Assembly (NCBI GenBank): GCA_965207225.1
Contig: CBDBLV010000004.1
Span: 224,001-288,000 of the forward strand
Length of the DNA: 64,000 bases
Origin: Dehalococcoidia bacterium
Lineage (GTDB): Bacteria > Chloroflexota > Dehalococcoidia > Plut-88900
Direction of reading: 5' to 3'
Positions 1 to 9,790 of this stretch are shown here, one piece after another. The notes under the pieces were generated by a model that saw only the letters and a list, made by a program, of their open reading frames with translations, did not search any database and was not told the DNA's origin. The translations under genes were made by a program, and so were the position numbers. Within the stretch, counting starts at the first letter, position 1; each line of letters starts with the position of its first letter.

Positions 1-5
1 TGAGA

Positions 6-575
6 GTGTTAGCCACGATAAGAAGACCGGGACTGAAGTGGGTCCTACTGCTGGCCTTAGTCGGAACCGTGGCCCTGGCCTGCTCCACCGGGACGTATCC
101 CGTTGACGTCTTCACGGAGATGCACTACCAGCAGTCTTACCGGTCGCAGGAGCCGCCTCGAGTCATGCCGGCGGAAGGGGCAGTGCCGTTTACGGATGAG
201 TCGATGCCCGTCCGGCCACCGGAGCCCGCTTCCCAAGCCGAAGTGCTGGTAATGGCTAACCCCGTAGAGCCTACGGCCGACAACCTGATCCGTGGACAGC
301 AGGTGTTCACCCGCAACTGCTCGATGTGCCACGGGGTCACCGGCGAGAGCGACAGCTTCATATCCGTGACCTTCACGTCCATGGACATCAAGCCCCCCGC
401 GAACTTCGCCGAGGCGGGATCGGTCACTCAAGACGGCAGCTCTGACGGCCTTGCCTTCTGGATCATCTCCGATGGTCTCGGGAACATGCCAGCCTTCCGA
501 CACCTCCTGTCCTACGAGGACCGGTGGGGCGTCATCCACTATCTGCGTCTTATTGCACAACAGGCCGGACAATAG
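6..575 (+). CDS. Monoheme cytochrome c lipoprotein, ActE-like (alternative complex III subunit E family)
   Basis: Lipobox ALAC; MHYQQSYRSQEP segment resembling the ActE N-terminus; CSMCH heme motif; distal GNMPAF. The rest of its operon probably lies left of the window. Confidence 0.7.
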   Translation: MLATIRRPGLKWVLLLALVGTVALACSTGTYPVDVFTEMHYQQSYRSQEPPRVMPAEGAVPFTDESMPVRPPEPASQAEVLVMANPVEPTADNLIRGQQVFTRNCSMCHGVTGESDSFISVTFTSMDIKPPANFAEAGSVTQDGSSDGLAFWIISDGLGNMPAFRHLLSYEDRWGVIHYLRLIAQQAGQ

Positions 576-580
576 GGCTT

Positions 581-1144
581 ATGTCCCGTGCGCAGGGAGC
601 GCATCCATCCCGCGCTCCGCTCCCGACCCCAAGCGGCGCTAAGCACCACCTTTCGTTCTTCGCGGCGGTGTTTCTTTCCTTACTCATGGGTCTTGCTGCA
701 TTCGGCTGTGCCGCCGAAACCCTCACCATCGAAGAGAGGGCCCAGGCAATCGACCAACGGTTGATGTGCCCCGTTTGTCCCGCCGAGACCATCGACCAGT
801 CCCAAGCCGACGTTGCTATTCAGATGCGAGAGCTTGTGCGGGAAAAGCTCCGGGCTGGCGAAACCGAAGACCAGATATACGACTTCTTCGTGGAACGTTA
901 CGACAAGGGCGTCCTCGCCGAGCCTCCGGCTGAGGGTTTCAATCTTCTCGTCTGGGTGATTCCGCCCATGGCCCTTGCCCTTGGAGTGGCGTTGGTGTGG
1001 TTTGGGATCAAGCACCTGGGACGGTCTGAACCCCAGCGCATGTCGTCACACGGGGACTGGGAGGCGGAATCCGAGCGTTACCTTCGTGAAGTGAATGAGG
1101 AGTTCGAGGCCTTCAGGGGGGCGTCGGGGGCCTCGGGGCAATAG
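581..1144 (+). CDS. ccmH: Cytochrome c maturation thiol-oxidoreductase CcmH
   Basis: LMCPVC motif, QMRELVREKL...ERY...VLAEPP, C-terminal TM helix. Start placed at ATG 581, just after the upstream stop. Confidence 0.9.
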   Translation: MSRAQGAHPSRAPLPTPSGAKHHLSFFAAVFLSLLMGLAAFGCAAETLTIEERAQAIDQRLMCPVCPAETIDQSQADVAIQMRELVREKLRAGETEDQIYDFFVERYDKGVLAEPPAEGFNLLVWVIPPMALALGVALVWFGIKHLGRSEPQRMSSHGDWEAESERYLREVNEEFEAFRGASGASGQ

Positions 1145-1159
1145 GGGAGAGTTTCCAAC

Positions 1160-3160
1160 TTGGCCGAGCTGGGCACCCTTTCACTGTTCTCTGCGCTGGC
1201 GCTGGCGTTGTATGCGTGCGTTGGCTCGATAATCGGCGTTCGCAGAAACCTGCCCGAGCTGGTAACCAGCGCACGGTACAGCGCCTATTTGACGCCGCTC
1301 CCCGTTATCGTTTCCGTGATGGCGCTGGTCGGTGCGTTCCTATCCCGGGACTTCGACATCAAGTATGTCGCCGAGCACAGCAATGCAGCGATGTCTCGGG
1401 CCTACTCCTGGGTGGCCTTCTATGCAGGGAATGAAGGCTCGATCCTGTTCCTTGCCGCCGCCTTCGCTATATCGGCCGCAATCGCCCTGTCCCTCGCTCC
1501 TCGGCTGCACCAAGCCAGCCTTGCCTATACCTGCGCCGTGATAACAGGCGTTCTGACCTTCTTCCTCGCCGTCCTTGTATTTCTCGCAAACCCCTTCGAA
1601 GTTACCGCCGTATCGGTCCCCGACGGGAGGGGAATGAACCCGCTCCTCACTCACCCTGGCATGTTCGCCCATCCGCCGATGCTGATGACGGGGCTGGTCA
1701 CCGTAACTATCCCTTTCGCCTTTGCAATGGGGTCGCTGCTGGCGGGGAGGACGGGGGACGAGTGGGTGGACACGGGCAGGACGTGGGCACTGGTCTCGTG
1801 GAGCATACTCGGGGCGGGGCTGCTGTTGGGCGGCTGGTGGGCATACACGATTTTGGGGTGGGGTGGGTTCTGGGCATGGGACCCGGTGGAAAACGCCGGA
1901 TTCATGCCCTGGCTGGCGCTAACCGCCTTTGTCCATTCAATCATGGTCCAGAAACGGAGGGGCATGTTCAGGGTGTGGAACATAGCGCTGATCAACGTCG
2001 CCTTCTCCTCGTCATTGCTGGGCATGTTCATCAATCGCGGAGGTCCGACGCCCTCGGTGCACTCCTTCGCCGAGTCGGTGCTCGGGTGGGTGTTCCTGGG
2101 ATTCATGGTGGTCACTGCACTGTTCTCCTTCGGTGTCTTGTTCCGGCGCATGGGTAATCTTCGCAACGCCCAGCGTCTCGAGTCGAAGCTGTCCCGGGAA
2201 TCGGCATTCCTGGTGAACAACCTGCTCTTCCTGGCCATCGCCTTCGTCATCATCTGGGGACAGGTCTTCCCGGTGCTTTCGGATACAGTAACCGGCGTCA
2301 CGATAACCGTGGGCGAGCCTTTCTATAACCAGGTGAACGGGCCTTTGCTGTTGGCGGTGGTCTTCCTGATGGGAATCGGGCCGTTGGTGCCGTGGCGTAG
2401 GGGATCTTTAGGCCAGCTTCGCAGGGCGCTCCTCCTGCCCTTTGTCATCGCCCTAGCAGTGGCCCTTGTTCTTATCGGATTGGGCATAACCAAGGCATTT
2501 CCGCTGCTGGCAGTCGGCCTGTCCGTTGCGGTGGCAGTGGGGATATTCAGGGAGTGGTATCGGGGCACTAGGGCCCGACACCGCAGCGGCGAGGCGTACC
2601 CTTTAGCTTTCGCACGGCTGATCTCAGCGAACCGACCTAGATACGGGGGCTACGTGGTCCACCTAGCCGTAGTAATGATGGCCCTGGCGATAGTCGGGAC
2701 GTATTTCTTCGAAACCCAGCGAGACGTACGCCTCGCCCCGGGCGAAACGGCGGAGGTGTCGGACTACAGCATCACTTACATAGAGAGCGAGCAACGAGAC
2801 TTCCCGGATAGGGCGCAGAGAATAGCCACTGTTGAGTTTTTCGATGAGGACGGCAAGTCGCTCGGTCTATTCAGACCGGAGCAGTCCTTCTATCCCGCCT
2901 TCAACCTTCGCCCCGCCCGTGCAGCCATCCACTCCACGCCGTTGGAAGACGTATACGTCATCCCCAACGACTTCTTCCCGGATGGGACGGTGGGGTTCCG
3001 CATCCTGGTGAACCCGCTGGTTATGTGGATGTGGATTGCGGGCCCGGTCATGGTGCTGGGCACTTTGATCGCCCTGTGGCCGGCTAGGCAGAGGGCTCGG
3101 GCGCCGGCGTCCATCGCAATGCCTCCCGTGACCCGGGCCTACGTACCTGCGGCCGAGTGA
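1160..3160 (+). CDS. ccmF: Heme lyase CcmF/NrfE
   Basis: WGGFWAWDPVEN (WWD domain); conserved His in FAHPP, FVHS, SVHSF and VVHLA; multi-pass membrane protein. Confidence 0.96.
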   Translation: MAELGTLSLFSALALALYACVGSIIGVRRNLPELVTSARYSAYLTPLPVIVSVMALVGAFLSRDFDIKYVAEHSNAAMSRAYSWVAFYAGNEGSILFLAAAFAISAAIALSLAPRLHQASLAYTCAVITGVLTFFLAVLVFLANPFEVTAVSVPDGRGMNPLLTHPGMFAHPPMLMTGLVTVTIPFAFAMGSLLAGRTGDEWVDTGRTWALVSWSILGAGLLLGGWWAYTILGWGGFWAWDPVENAGFMPWLALTAFVHSIMVQKRRGMFRVWNIALINVAFSSSLLGMFINRGGPTPSVHSFAESVLGWVFLGFMVVTALFSFGVLFRRMGNLRNAQRLESKLSRESAFLVNNLLFLAIAFVIIWGQVFPVLSDTVTGVTITVGEPFYNQVNGPLLLAVVFLMGIGPLVPWRRGSLGQLRRALLLPFVIALAVALVLIGLGITKAFPLLAVGLSVAVAVGIFREWYRGTRARHRSGEAYPLAFARLISANRPRYGGYVVHLAVVMMALAIVGTYFFETQRDVRLAPGETAEVSDYSITYIESEQRDFPDRAQRIATVEFFDEDGKSLGLFRPEQSFYPAFNLRPARAAIHSTPLEDVYVIPNDFFPDGTVGFRILVNPLVMWMWIAGPVMVLGTLIALWPARQRARAPASIAMPPVTRAYVPAAE

Positions 3161-3173
3161 CGAGGGCAGGCTC

Positions 3174-3653
3174 ATGGTTATTGCAATCGGCGTTCTCATT
3201 GCCCTGGTATGCCTGGGGGTAGCTGCGGCGCCTTTCATGAAGTACCGGCGGTCTCGTCAGACCGTGGACCCAACAGAGGTAGTAGCGGGGCTGGAGGGGC
3301 AACGCCAGCAGATTTACCGGGAAATGTTGACGTTGGCAGAGGGGTATCGGGCGGGGTCTGTACCGGAACCCGAATTCAACTCTGTAAGCGAAACTCTGAG
3401 AAGGCGGGCCGCTGAGAACTTATGGCTCCAGCGCCGGTGGGAAGAGAGGCTTGCGGATCTGGACGAGGCGCTGGAAGCTATCATCTCCCAAGTGGGCTTT
3501 ACCGCGCATGGGCAGACAGGCGATGAGAAGGAGTCATTAGACCCTTGCCCGGAGTGCGGGGCTCGGCTGTCAGTAGATGCCACCACTTGCCTGCAGTGCG
3601 GAACAGAGCGGGATAGCGCCCGACCTGTGTCGGGGGGGAGGGCTTCGAATTGA
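3174..3653 (+). CDS. CcmI-like membrane-anchored protein with C-terminal zinc ribbon
   Basis: N-terminal TM, helical segment resembling the CcmI N-terminus, CPECG...CLQCG; directly downstream of ccmF. Confidence 0.6.
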   Translation: MVIAIGVLIALVCLGVAAAPFMKYRRSRQTVDPTEVVAGLEGQRQQIYREMLTLAEGYRAGSVPEPEFNSVSETLRRRAAENLWLQRRWEERLADLDEALEAIISQVGFTAHGQTGDEKESLDPCPECGARLSVDATTCLQCGTERDSARPVSGGRASN

Positions 3654-4867
3654 CCGTTGACCGGTTTAGGCGCCCTCTTCTGGTCCTCTCCTTCGCCATC
3701 GCGATGTTCCTTCTCGCTGCAATGCCCGCCTGGGCCGACGATCACGAGATCAGCGGTCGGGTCATCAACCTGACCCCCGATGCCGACCCCCCTGCCGGAC
3801 TTCAGGTCGTATTGACAATCTTCGAAGGCACTGAACCCATTGGACAGCTCGCTACAACCACCGACGAAAACGGCTCCTTTATCTTTGGAGAGATTCCCAG
3901 GCTGGCGGGGCTGGGATACTTATTCCAACTCCAGTATCAGGGCGCTCAGTACAGGTTCCAGCTTGATCCCGGGGCAACGATTCCAGTACAAATCGCCATA
4001 TACGAACCGACCTCGGAGCTGTCATCCCTGTCGGTTCTGGACGATACGATCATGGTGACCCGGGAGCCGGGGCAATACGAGCAGCTGACCGTGCGGCAGG
4101 TCGTCCGGGTGCGCAACGAGACTCTTGAGACTTTCGTACCTTCCTTCGGGGACGCCGGCGCCGGGATGATGAATTTCCTCCGGATCTCAATGCCTGCCGG
4201 ATTCCGGGAAATGACCGTCAGGAGCGATCTGCAGGGAGGGCAGGTTATCCCCGTGGACAGGGGTGTGGGAATAACCACGGCAATTCCCCCGGGGATTCAC
4301 GCCATCGTCTTTGCCTATGCTGCTCCATACGACCAGTCCGACCTGATTTTTGAACCGCTTTATCCGCTGGGCGCGGACTCGGTGCGGGTGCTTGTGCGGG
4401 AGGACGTAGGCCAATTGATAGGGCCGGATATCCGGGAGGAGGAGTCTGTGATCGTCTCCGGGAGCAACTTCCGCGTTTACAGCGTCGAAGAAGTTACGGC
4501 GGGAGACAGGGTAAGTCTAGGGTTCACCGACCTTCCCCAAGCCCCCTGGACCACAACCCTGGCCGACGCGTTTACAGCGGAGTGGCAGATCACGGCGGTG
4601 ATTCCCGGTGTCACCGCCTTGCTCTTGCTGCTATTTCTCGCTTATGCGTGGAGGCTGCAAAAGAGAGATCCGCGCCCCGTCGATCCTGCGGTGTTCCTCG
4701 AAAACGTCCAGAGCCAGCCCGACCAGATGGAACTGGTGGAGAGGATTGCCGAGCTTGACGGGCGTCGGGAGAGGGGTGAAGTATCGGAGGAGGACTACAC
4801 GCAGCGCAGGACGCTTCTGAAGCGCAGCCTGCTCTCGCGTGCACTTAGGAGCGCGTCCTCGGCCTGA
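3650..4867 (+). CDS. Exported, membrane-anchored beta-rich protein (ccm accessory)
   Basis: Signal peptide (AWA), ISGRVIN...TTTDENGSFIF beta-sandwich start, C-terminal TM plus IAELD...EEDYTQRR tail; 4-nt overlap with the upstream gene. Confidence 0.65.
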   Translation: MTVDRFRRPLLVLSFAIAMFLLAAMPAWADDHEISGRVINLTPDADPPAGLQVVLTIFEGTEPIGQLATTTDENGSFIFGEIPRLAGLGYLFQLQYQGAQYRFQLDPGATIPVQIAIYEPTSELSSLSVLDDTIMVTREPGQYEQLTVRQVVRVRNETLETFVPSFGDAGAGMMNFLRISMPAGFREMTVRSDLQGGQVIPVDRGVGITTAIPPGIHAIVFAYAAPYDQSDLIFEPLYPLGADSVRVLVREDVGQLIGPDIREEESVIVSGSNFRVYSVEEVTAGDRVSLGFTDLPQAPWTTTLADAFTAEWQITAVIPGVTALLLLLFLAYAWRLQKRDPRPVDPAVFLENVQSQPDQMELVERIAELDGRRERGEVSEEDYTQRRTLLKRSLLSRALRSASSA

Positions 4868-4910
4868 ATCCAGGCAATTGACCGGCAATCCCTTCGGAAG
4901 AGTCTTAGAT

Positions 4911-5429
4911 GTGTGGGACCTATTCGACATCCTGACACTAGCGGTGAGATGGGTCCATGCTATTTCATCGGTGATGTGGATTGGGGGCAGCGTGTTCTAT
5001 TTGATCGTGCTTCGCCCAGCGCTTAGGGATGCGGAGAAGTCGGGGGGAGTGCCAAGCAGGCTGGTGTCCCGCCTAGTGGCACTGCACTTCAGGGAATGGG
5101 TGCACTTGTCCATGATCGCGTTGCTGGTCAGTGGTGCAATCCTGACTTTCGATCGGTTGACGGAGCCCACGGTTTCGGCGCTTTATATCGGGGCGCTGGC
5201 GGCAAAAATAGCCATTGCGTTCTGGCTCTTCGGCATAGGAACGGCCACATACCGGAAGCGGCTGATAGAGCGTGCGCACGAGGTCCAAGACATAGAGCGA
5301 AGCCGAAAGAATGCGGTATCACGTTGGTTTAGGCCTTTGGCCTCGCCCTCGATGATCGTGTACGGAGGTCTGATAGTGATTCTCCTCAGCGACCTTCTGA
5401 ACACCGCCTTCGAAAAGGGCATATCCTGA
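4911..5429 (+). CDS. CopD/DUF4149-like 4-TM membrane protein
   Basis: RWVHAISSVMWIGGSVF motif and four hydrophobic helices; GTG start at 4911 inferred. Confidence 0.6.
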   Translation: MWDLFDILTLAVRWVHAISSVMWIGGSVFYLIVLRPALRDAEKSGGVPSRLVSRLVALHFREWVHLSMIALLVSGAILTFDRLTEPTVSALYIGALAAKIAIAFWLFGIGTATYRKRLIERAHEVQDIERSRKNAVSRWFRPLASPSMIVYGGLIVILLSDLLNTAFEKGIS

Positions 5430-5449
5430 CAAGAGAACATTGCTGAATC

Positions 5450-6766
5450 ATGAGCACTGCAATTCCAACTGAGGCGGATGCCGTAGTCATCGGCGCGGGC
5501 ATTACGGGGTGCTCGACCGCGTACCGACTGTCACAGCGGGGGTGGAACGTTGTGGTGCTAGAGAAGGACGACATCGCACATGAGGCCTCAGGGCGCACCA
5601 TGGCGGCGGTGGGGTTAGTCGGCAAGCACCACCCCGACGAATTCGCCCTAGCCAAGGCCAGCATGGAGATCTGGGCCAGCCTCAACGACGAACTCAACAC
5701 CGACATCGAGTACATCAATGGAGGCAGGCTGGTCGTGGCCAACGCCGAAGAGGACCTGCCGTTGTTCGATGAGATGATTCGGGGGGCTGAGGAGTCAGGT
5801 GTCGAGATTCAGTGGTACGATGCACCTCAGGCCCGAGCCAGATGGCCCTTCCTCCGAGGCCCTTTCCTCAAGGCGGCCCATTCGCCCTACGAAGGACACG
5901 TCAACCCGATCAAGGTGGTGCATGGTTTTGCGAGGGCAGCGCAAGAAAACGGGGCGCAGATTTATACGGGATGTGTCGCCTCGGAAATCGTCACCAGGAC
6001 AGGAGAGATATCATCAGTGGTCACCAACCGAGGTGAGATATCTACGCCGGTAGTGTTGGATGCGGCGGGGGTGTGGGGGTATCGTCTCACCGACCGGCTT
6101 GGCGTGAAACTCCCCATCCAGTTGATAAAGGTCGTGCAGGGGGAGACCGAGCCGGCACCCCGGTTGTTCGACTGTTTCCTCCGCGGTCCGACCTACGGGT
6201 CGCGGCAGACGGCCTCGGGGGCGTTCCGCATTACCGGCGGTTACCGGCTGATGGACGTATACCACAATCTATCCCTCCACGACCTGCGCGATCTGGCAAT
6301 ATGGATTCCGCGCATGCTCCGGTACCGCAAAGACGTGACCATGAAGCTGGACCCCAACATCCTCAAGCTTGACTGGTCATCCCTATGGGGCAAGACCACC
6401 GGTAACGGAAACGGTACACCTGCCCCGGTCGGGACTGAGCCCCGACCCCAGCCCGAAAATGTTGCCAGGAAACTCAAACGTGTAAGCGCTCTTGTCCCCG
6501 AAATGCAGGGCCTCAGGCTCACCAAGACCTGGGGAGGATACGTGGACATGACCCCCGACTTCCTGCCTATCCTGGGCGCCGTTGAGAGCATAAAGGGCTT
6601 CTACGTGGCTACGGGTTTCAGCGGGCACGGGTTTGCGGTCGGGCCGATAGTTGGTAAGCTGATGGCCGAATTGATTATTGATGGCAGCACCTCTGTAGAT
6701 ATCACGTCGTTCAGGCCCAGCCGTTTCGCGGAAGGCAAGACGCCCGTACCGCCCCGCCTGATGTGA
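5450..6766 (+). CDS. FAD-dependent amine/amino-acid oxidase (DAO / sarcosine oxidase beta family), paralog 1
   Basis: VIGAGITG FAD motif, EASGRT, DMTPDFLPILG, GFSGHGFAVGP. Confidence 0.9.
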   Translation: MSTAIPTEADAVVIGAGITGCSTAYRLSQRGWNVVVLEKDDIAHEASGRTMAAVGLVGKHHPDEFALAKASMEIWASLNDELNTDIEYINGGRLVVANAEEDLPLFDEMIRGAEESGVEIQWYDAPQARARWPFLRGPFLKAAHSPYEGHVNPIKVVHGFARAAQENGAQIYTGCVASEIVTRTGEISSVVTNRGEISTPVVLDAAGVWGYRLTDRLGVKLPIQLIKVVQGETEPAPRLFDCFLRGPTYGSRQTASGAFRITGGYRLMDVYHNLSLHDLRDLAIWIPRMLRYRKDVTMKLDPNILKLDWSSLWGKTTGNGNGTPAPVGTEPRPQPENVARKLKRVSALVPEMQGLRLTKTWGGYVDMTPDFLPILGAVESIKGFYVATGFSGHGFAVGPIVGKLMAELIIDGSTSVDITSFRPSRFAEGKTPVPPRLM

Positions 6767-6786
6767 GTGGCGTATAAAGTAAGAGA

Positions 6787-7284
6787 ATGACCGTTACCAA
6801 GTCCGTTCGAGTTTCCGCTGCAACCCACGACCACGTGGGCCCCATAGCACGTCTCATAGAGCTATACCGTTTTCGGAGCTCGGAGGGTCGGGCTGAGGGT
6901 TTCCTGTTGCCGGTGCATGAAGACGAAGTAAGACAGCTCGTGGCCGAAGGTCGGTTCTTTGTGGCGGAAGTGGAGGGCGAGTTCGCCGGCTGCGTTTCCA
7001 TCATGGAATACGACGGCATCGCTGAGCTAAGGTCGCTGGCCGTTGAGGAGCGACTCCAGAGGCGGGGCATCGCATCGAGGCTCATTGAGCACTGTCGGGA
7101 AGAGGCCCGCGCCCGGGGCTACGAAACGCTTCACACCCTGACGCAGACCTACGCCGCCGGCGCATTTGAAGGAGTGGGATTCGTCAGGGCCGCGGTCCCC
7201 ATACCCAAGCTGGAGAAGGACTGCGCCATATGCCCACTGCACAACAACGGCTGTGTGGAAATCCCGATGACCGTTCGGCTTTAG
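6787..7284 (+). CDS. GNAT N-acetyltransferase (short ArgA-like)
   Basis: IAELRSLAV...QRRGIA acetyl-CoA motif; C-terminal KDCAICP...C as in short ArgA-like GNATs. Confidence 0.8.
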   Translation: MTVTKSVRVSAATHDHVGPIARLIELYRFRSSEGRAEGFLLPVHEDEVRQLVAEGRFFVAEVEGEFAGCVSIMEYDGIAELRSLAVEERLQRRGIASRLIEHCREEARARGYETLHTLTQTYAAGAFEGVGFVRAAVPIPKLEKDCAICPLHNNGCVEIPMTVRL

Positions 7285-7308
7285 AGAAAGTGCAAGGGTC
7301 GCCGAATC

Positions 7309-8607
7309 ATGCTGACTAAAGCCGACGCCGTGGTAATTGGGGGCGGCATAACCGGCTGCTCCATAGCCTACAACCTGTCGAAGCGCGGCAAGCGGGTGGT
7401 GGTTATTGAGAAAGACGACATCGCCTACGAGGCCTCGGGGAGGACAGTGGCGGCGGTGGGGCTGCTGGGGAAGCAGGAAGGCGAGTTTGAACTGGCACGG
7501 GCCAGCCTGGCCCTATACGACAGCCTGAGCGAGGATATCGGTTACGACGTCGAGTTCATCAAGCAGGGTCGACTCCTGCCCGCCGAAACGGCGGAAGATA
7601 TGCCATATTTCGAGGAGATGGTTGAGGCCGCTCGGGACGGTGGCATCCAACTGGAGATGCTAACAAGGGAGCAGGTCAAGTCTCGGTTCCCGGCAATAGA
7701 AGGCCACTTAGAGGCGATGGCCTATTCTCCCGACGAGGGCCACGTGAACCCGACCCGCGTGGTCAACGGCTTCGCCAACGCCGCCCGGGAAAACGGCGCC
7801 GAGATACGCACAGGCTGCGTGGCCACCAACATCGGGGTCACGGGTGGTCGAGTCACGTCTGTGGAGACTACTCAGGGAGAAATTGAGACCGGGGTGGCCG
7901 TATTGGCGGCGGGGGTCTGGGCGTACCGCCTTGCCGACCGGCTTGGCGTGCACATCCCGGTACAGATAGTGACGCTTTCGCAGGGAGAGACGGGCCCCGC
8001 CCCACCCATCATCGAGCAGTTCGTTAGAGGGGGCTACTACTGTTTCAGGCAGACGGCCTCGGGGCCGGTGCGGGTAAGCAACGGGTACCGGCGCCAGGAC
8101 GTGTACCACGACCTCTCAATCCACGACCTCCGCGACCTCAAAGTCTGGCTGCCGAGGCTAATCAAGCAACGCAAGAGCATTACCATGCGGGTGGACATGG
8201 AGCTGCTCAAACACGACCTGAAGCTCTTCCTGGCCTCGTTACAGGGCAAGCACTCCATAGTTGCACCGGTGGGGAAGGAACCCAGGAGCGCTTTCAATAA
8301 GGTGAAGCGTCAGTTGAGCGCTGCCGGGAAGTTGGTCCCCAGGCTGCGCGACCTTCAACTGGCAAGATGGTGGGCCGGGTATATCGACACCACCCCTGAC
8401 CTGGTGCCCGTCCTGGGGCCTGTGGACAAGCCCCAAGGACTATTTCTATCCATGGGGTACAGCGGGCACGGGTTTGGACTTGGGCCGGTGGCAGGAAAGC
8501 TCACCGCGGATCTCATTGTCGACGGCAAGAGCTCGATCCCGTGGGAGCATTTCTCCTACAAGCGGTTCGAGAAGGGCGATACCCCTATGCCAACCCGGCT
8601 TATGTAA
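7309..8607 (+). CDS. FAD-dependent amine/amino-acid oxidase (DAO family), paralog 2
   Basis: VIGGGITG, EASGRT, DTTPDLVPVLG, GYSGHGFGLGP; colinear with 5450-6766. Confidence 0.9.
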   Translation: MLTKADAVVIGGGITGCSIAYNLSKRGKRVVVIEKDDIAYEASGRTVAAVGLLGKQEGEFELARASLALYDSLSEDIGYDVEFIKQGRLLPAETAEDMPYFEEMVEAARDGGIQLEMLTREQVKSRFPAIEGHLEAMAYSPDEGHVNPTRVVNGFANAARENGAEIRTGCVATNIGVTGGRVTSVETTQGEIETGVAVLAAGVWAYRLADRLGVHIPVQIVTLSQGETGPAPPIIEQFVRGGYYCFRQTASGPVRVSNGYRRQDVYHDLSIHDLRDLKVWLPRLIKQRKSITMRVDMELLKHDLKLFLASLQGKHSIVAPVGKEPRSAFNKVKRQLSAAGKLVPRLRDLQLARWWAGYIDTTPDLVPVLGPVDKPQGLFLSMGYSGHGFGLGPVAGKLTADLIVDGKSSIPWEHFSYKRFEKGDTPMPTRLM

Positions 8608-8624
8608 ACTCTGGTGGGATCCGA

Positions 8625-9767
8625 TTAGTCAAGGGTGGAGTAGGGCTCGGTGGGGGGGTACTGGCTGTCGGGGATAACCATCACTTTGCCAAATACCCGA
8701 CGCTCCAGCAGGTGGGCAACCGCGTCCCGCACCTGGGATAGGGGATAGACCTGATCGATAACCGCTCTGAGCTTTCCCTTGGATACCAGCCGCAGGCACT
8801 CCTGCAGCTCCCGGTGAGTGCCCATTACCGAGCCGAGCACCGAGGTCTCCTTGAACAGCATACGGGCCACGTTGACGGTTGCCCAATTCCCGAGGGTGCA
8901 GCCGCAGTTGACGAACCGGCCTCCGACAGCGAGGGCCTCGATGCTTTCTTCTGCCAGGTTACCGGAAAGGCTGTCAACAACTATGTCCACACCGTAGCCA
9001 TCGGTGAGGCGAGCCACTTCCTCCTTGATGGAGGAGGTGGAGTAGTTGATGCCTTCGTCGGCGCCGAGCTTTCGGGCCTTTTCCAGTTTGGCGTCGGAGC
9101 CTGCGCTGGTGATGACCCGAGCGTGGAAGAGCTTGGCAATCTGGATGCCTGCAATGCCAACGCCACTGCCGGCGGCATTGACCAGAACCGTGTCACCCGG
9201 CTGAATTCGGGCCCGGGCAACTAGCATGTGCCAGACGGTCATGAATATGATTGGCAGGGACGCAGCGTCGATGAGGGACACGTTGTCGGGGACGGGAATG
9301 ATGCTAGCCTCGGGGATCAAGGCGTACTCCGCGAGGCCACCGTCCCATCCGCTCCCGAATCCCGGCTTGTCGGGGCATAGGTTGTCCCGGCCCGTGAGGC
9401 AATACCGGCAACGATTACACTTGACGCCGGGGTAGACCATCACCCGGTCTCCCACGGCACAGGTGGTCACACCTTCTCCGACTTCATCAATGACACCAGC
9501 CATGTCGGCGCCCGGGGTAATCGGCTTCTCTCGCACGGCGGTCCTCGGGGCTTTGGCGGCCCAGGCGTCCAGGTGGTTCAGGCCGCAGGCTTTGATCAGA
9601 ACTACAACTTGCCCCGGGCCCGGGGTGGGGCGGGGGATTTCCCGGTATTCGAACCTGTCGAGGCCGTAGCCTTCGTGGACACGGACCTCTTCCTTCCACG
9701 ACTCATGGTCGTCGACCAGGTAGTGGGACATGTAGTCGCCGGTGATGGTCAACTGAACTGCTTTCAT
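8625..9767 (-). CDS. Zinc-binding MDR-family dehydrogenase / quinone oxidoreductase-like
   Basis: Structural Zn motif CNRCRYC...C, AAGSGVG nucleotide loop; LNHLD and GAD in place of the catalytic-Zn GHE. Confidence 0.88.
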   Translation of the reverse strand: MKAVQLTITGDYMSHYLVDDHESWKEEVRVHEGYGLDRFEYREIPRPTPGPGQVVVLIKACGLNHLDAWAAKAPRTAVREKPITPGADMAGVIDEVGEGVTTCAVGDRVMVYPGVKCNRCRYCLTGRDNLCPDKPGFGSGWDGGLAEYALIPEASIIPVPDNVSLIDAASLPIIFMTVWHMLVARARIQPGDTVLVNAAGSGVGIAGIQIAKLFHARVITSAGSDAKLEKARKLGADEGINYSTSSIKEEVARLTDGYGVDIVVDSLSGNLAEESIEALAVGGRFVNCGCTLGNWATVNVARMLFKETSVLGSVMGTHRELQECLRLVSKGKLRAVIDQVYPLSQVRDAVAHLLERRVFGKVMVIPDSQYPPTEPYSTLD

Positions 9768-9790
9768 GGATGCCTCACTGCTGCGCTCAA

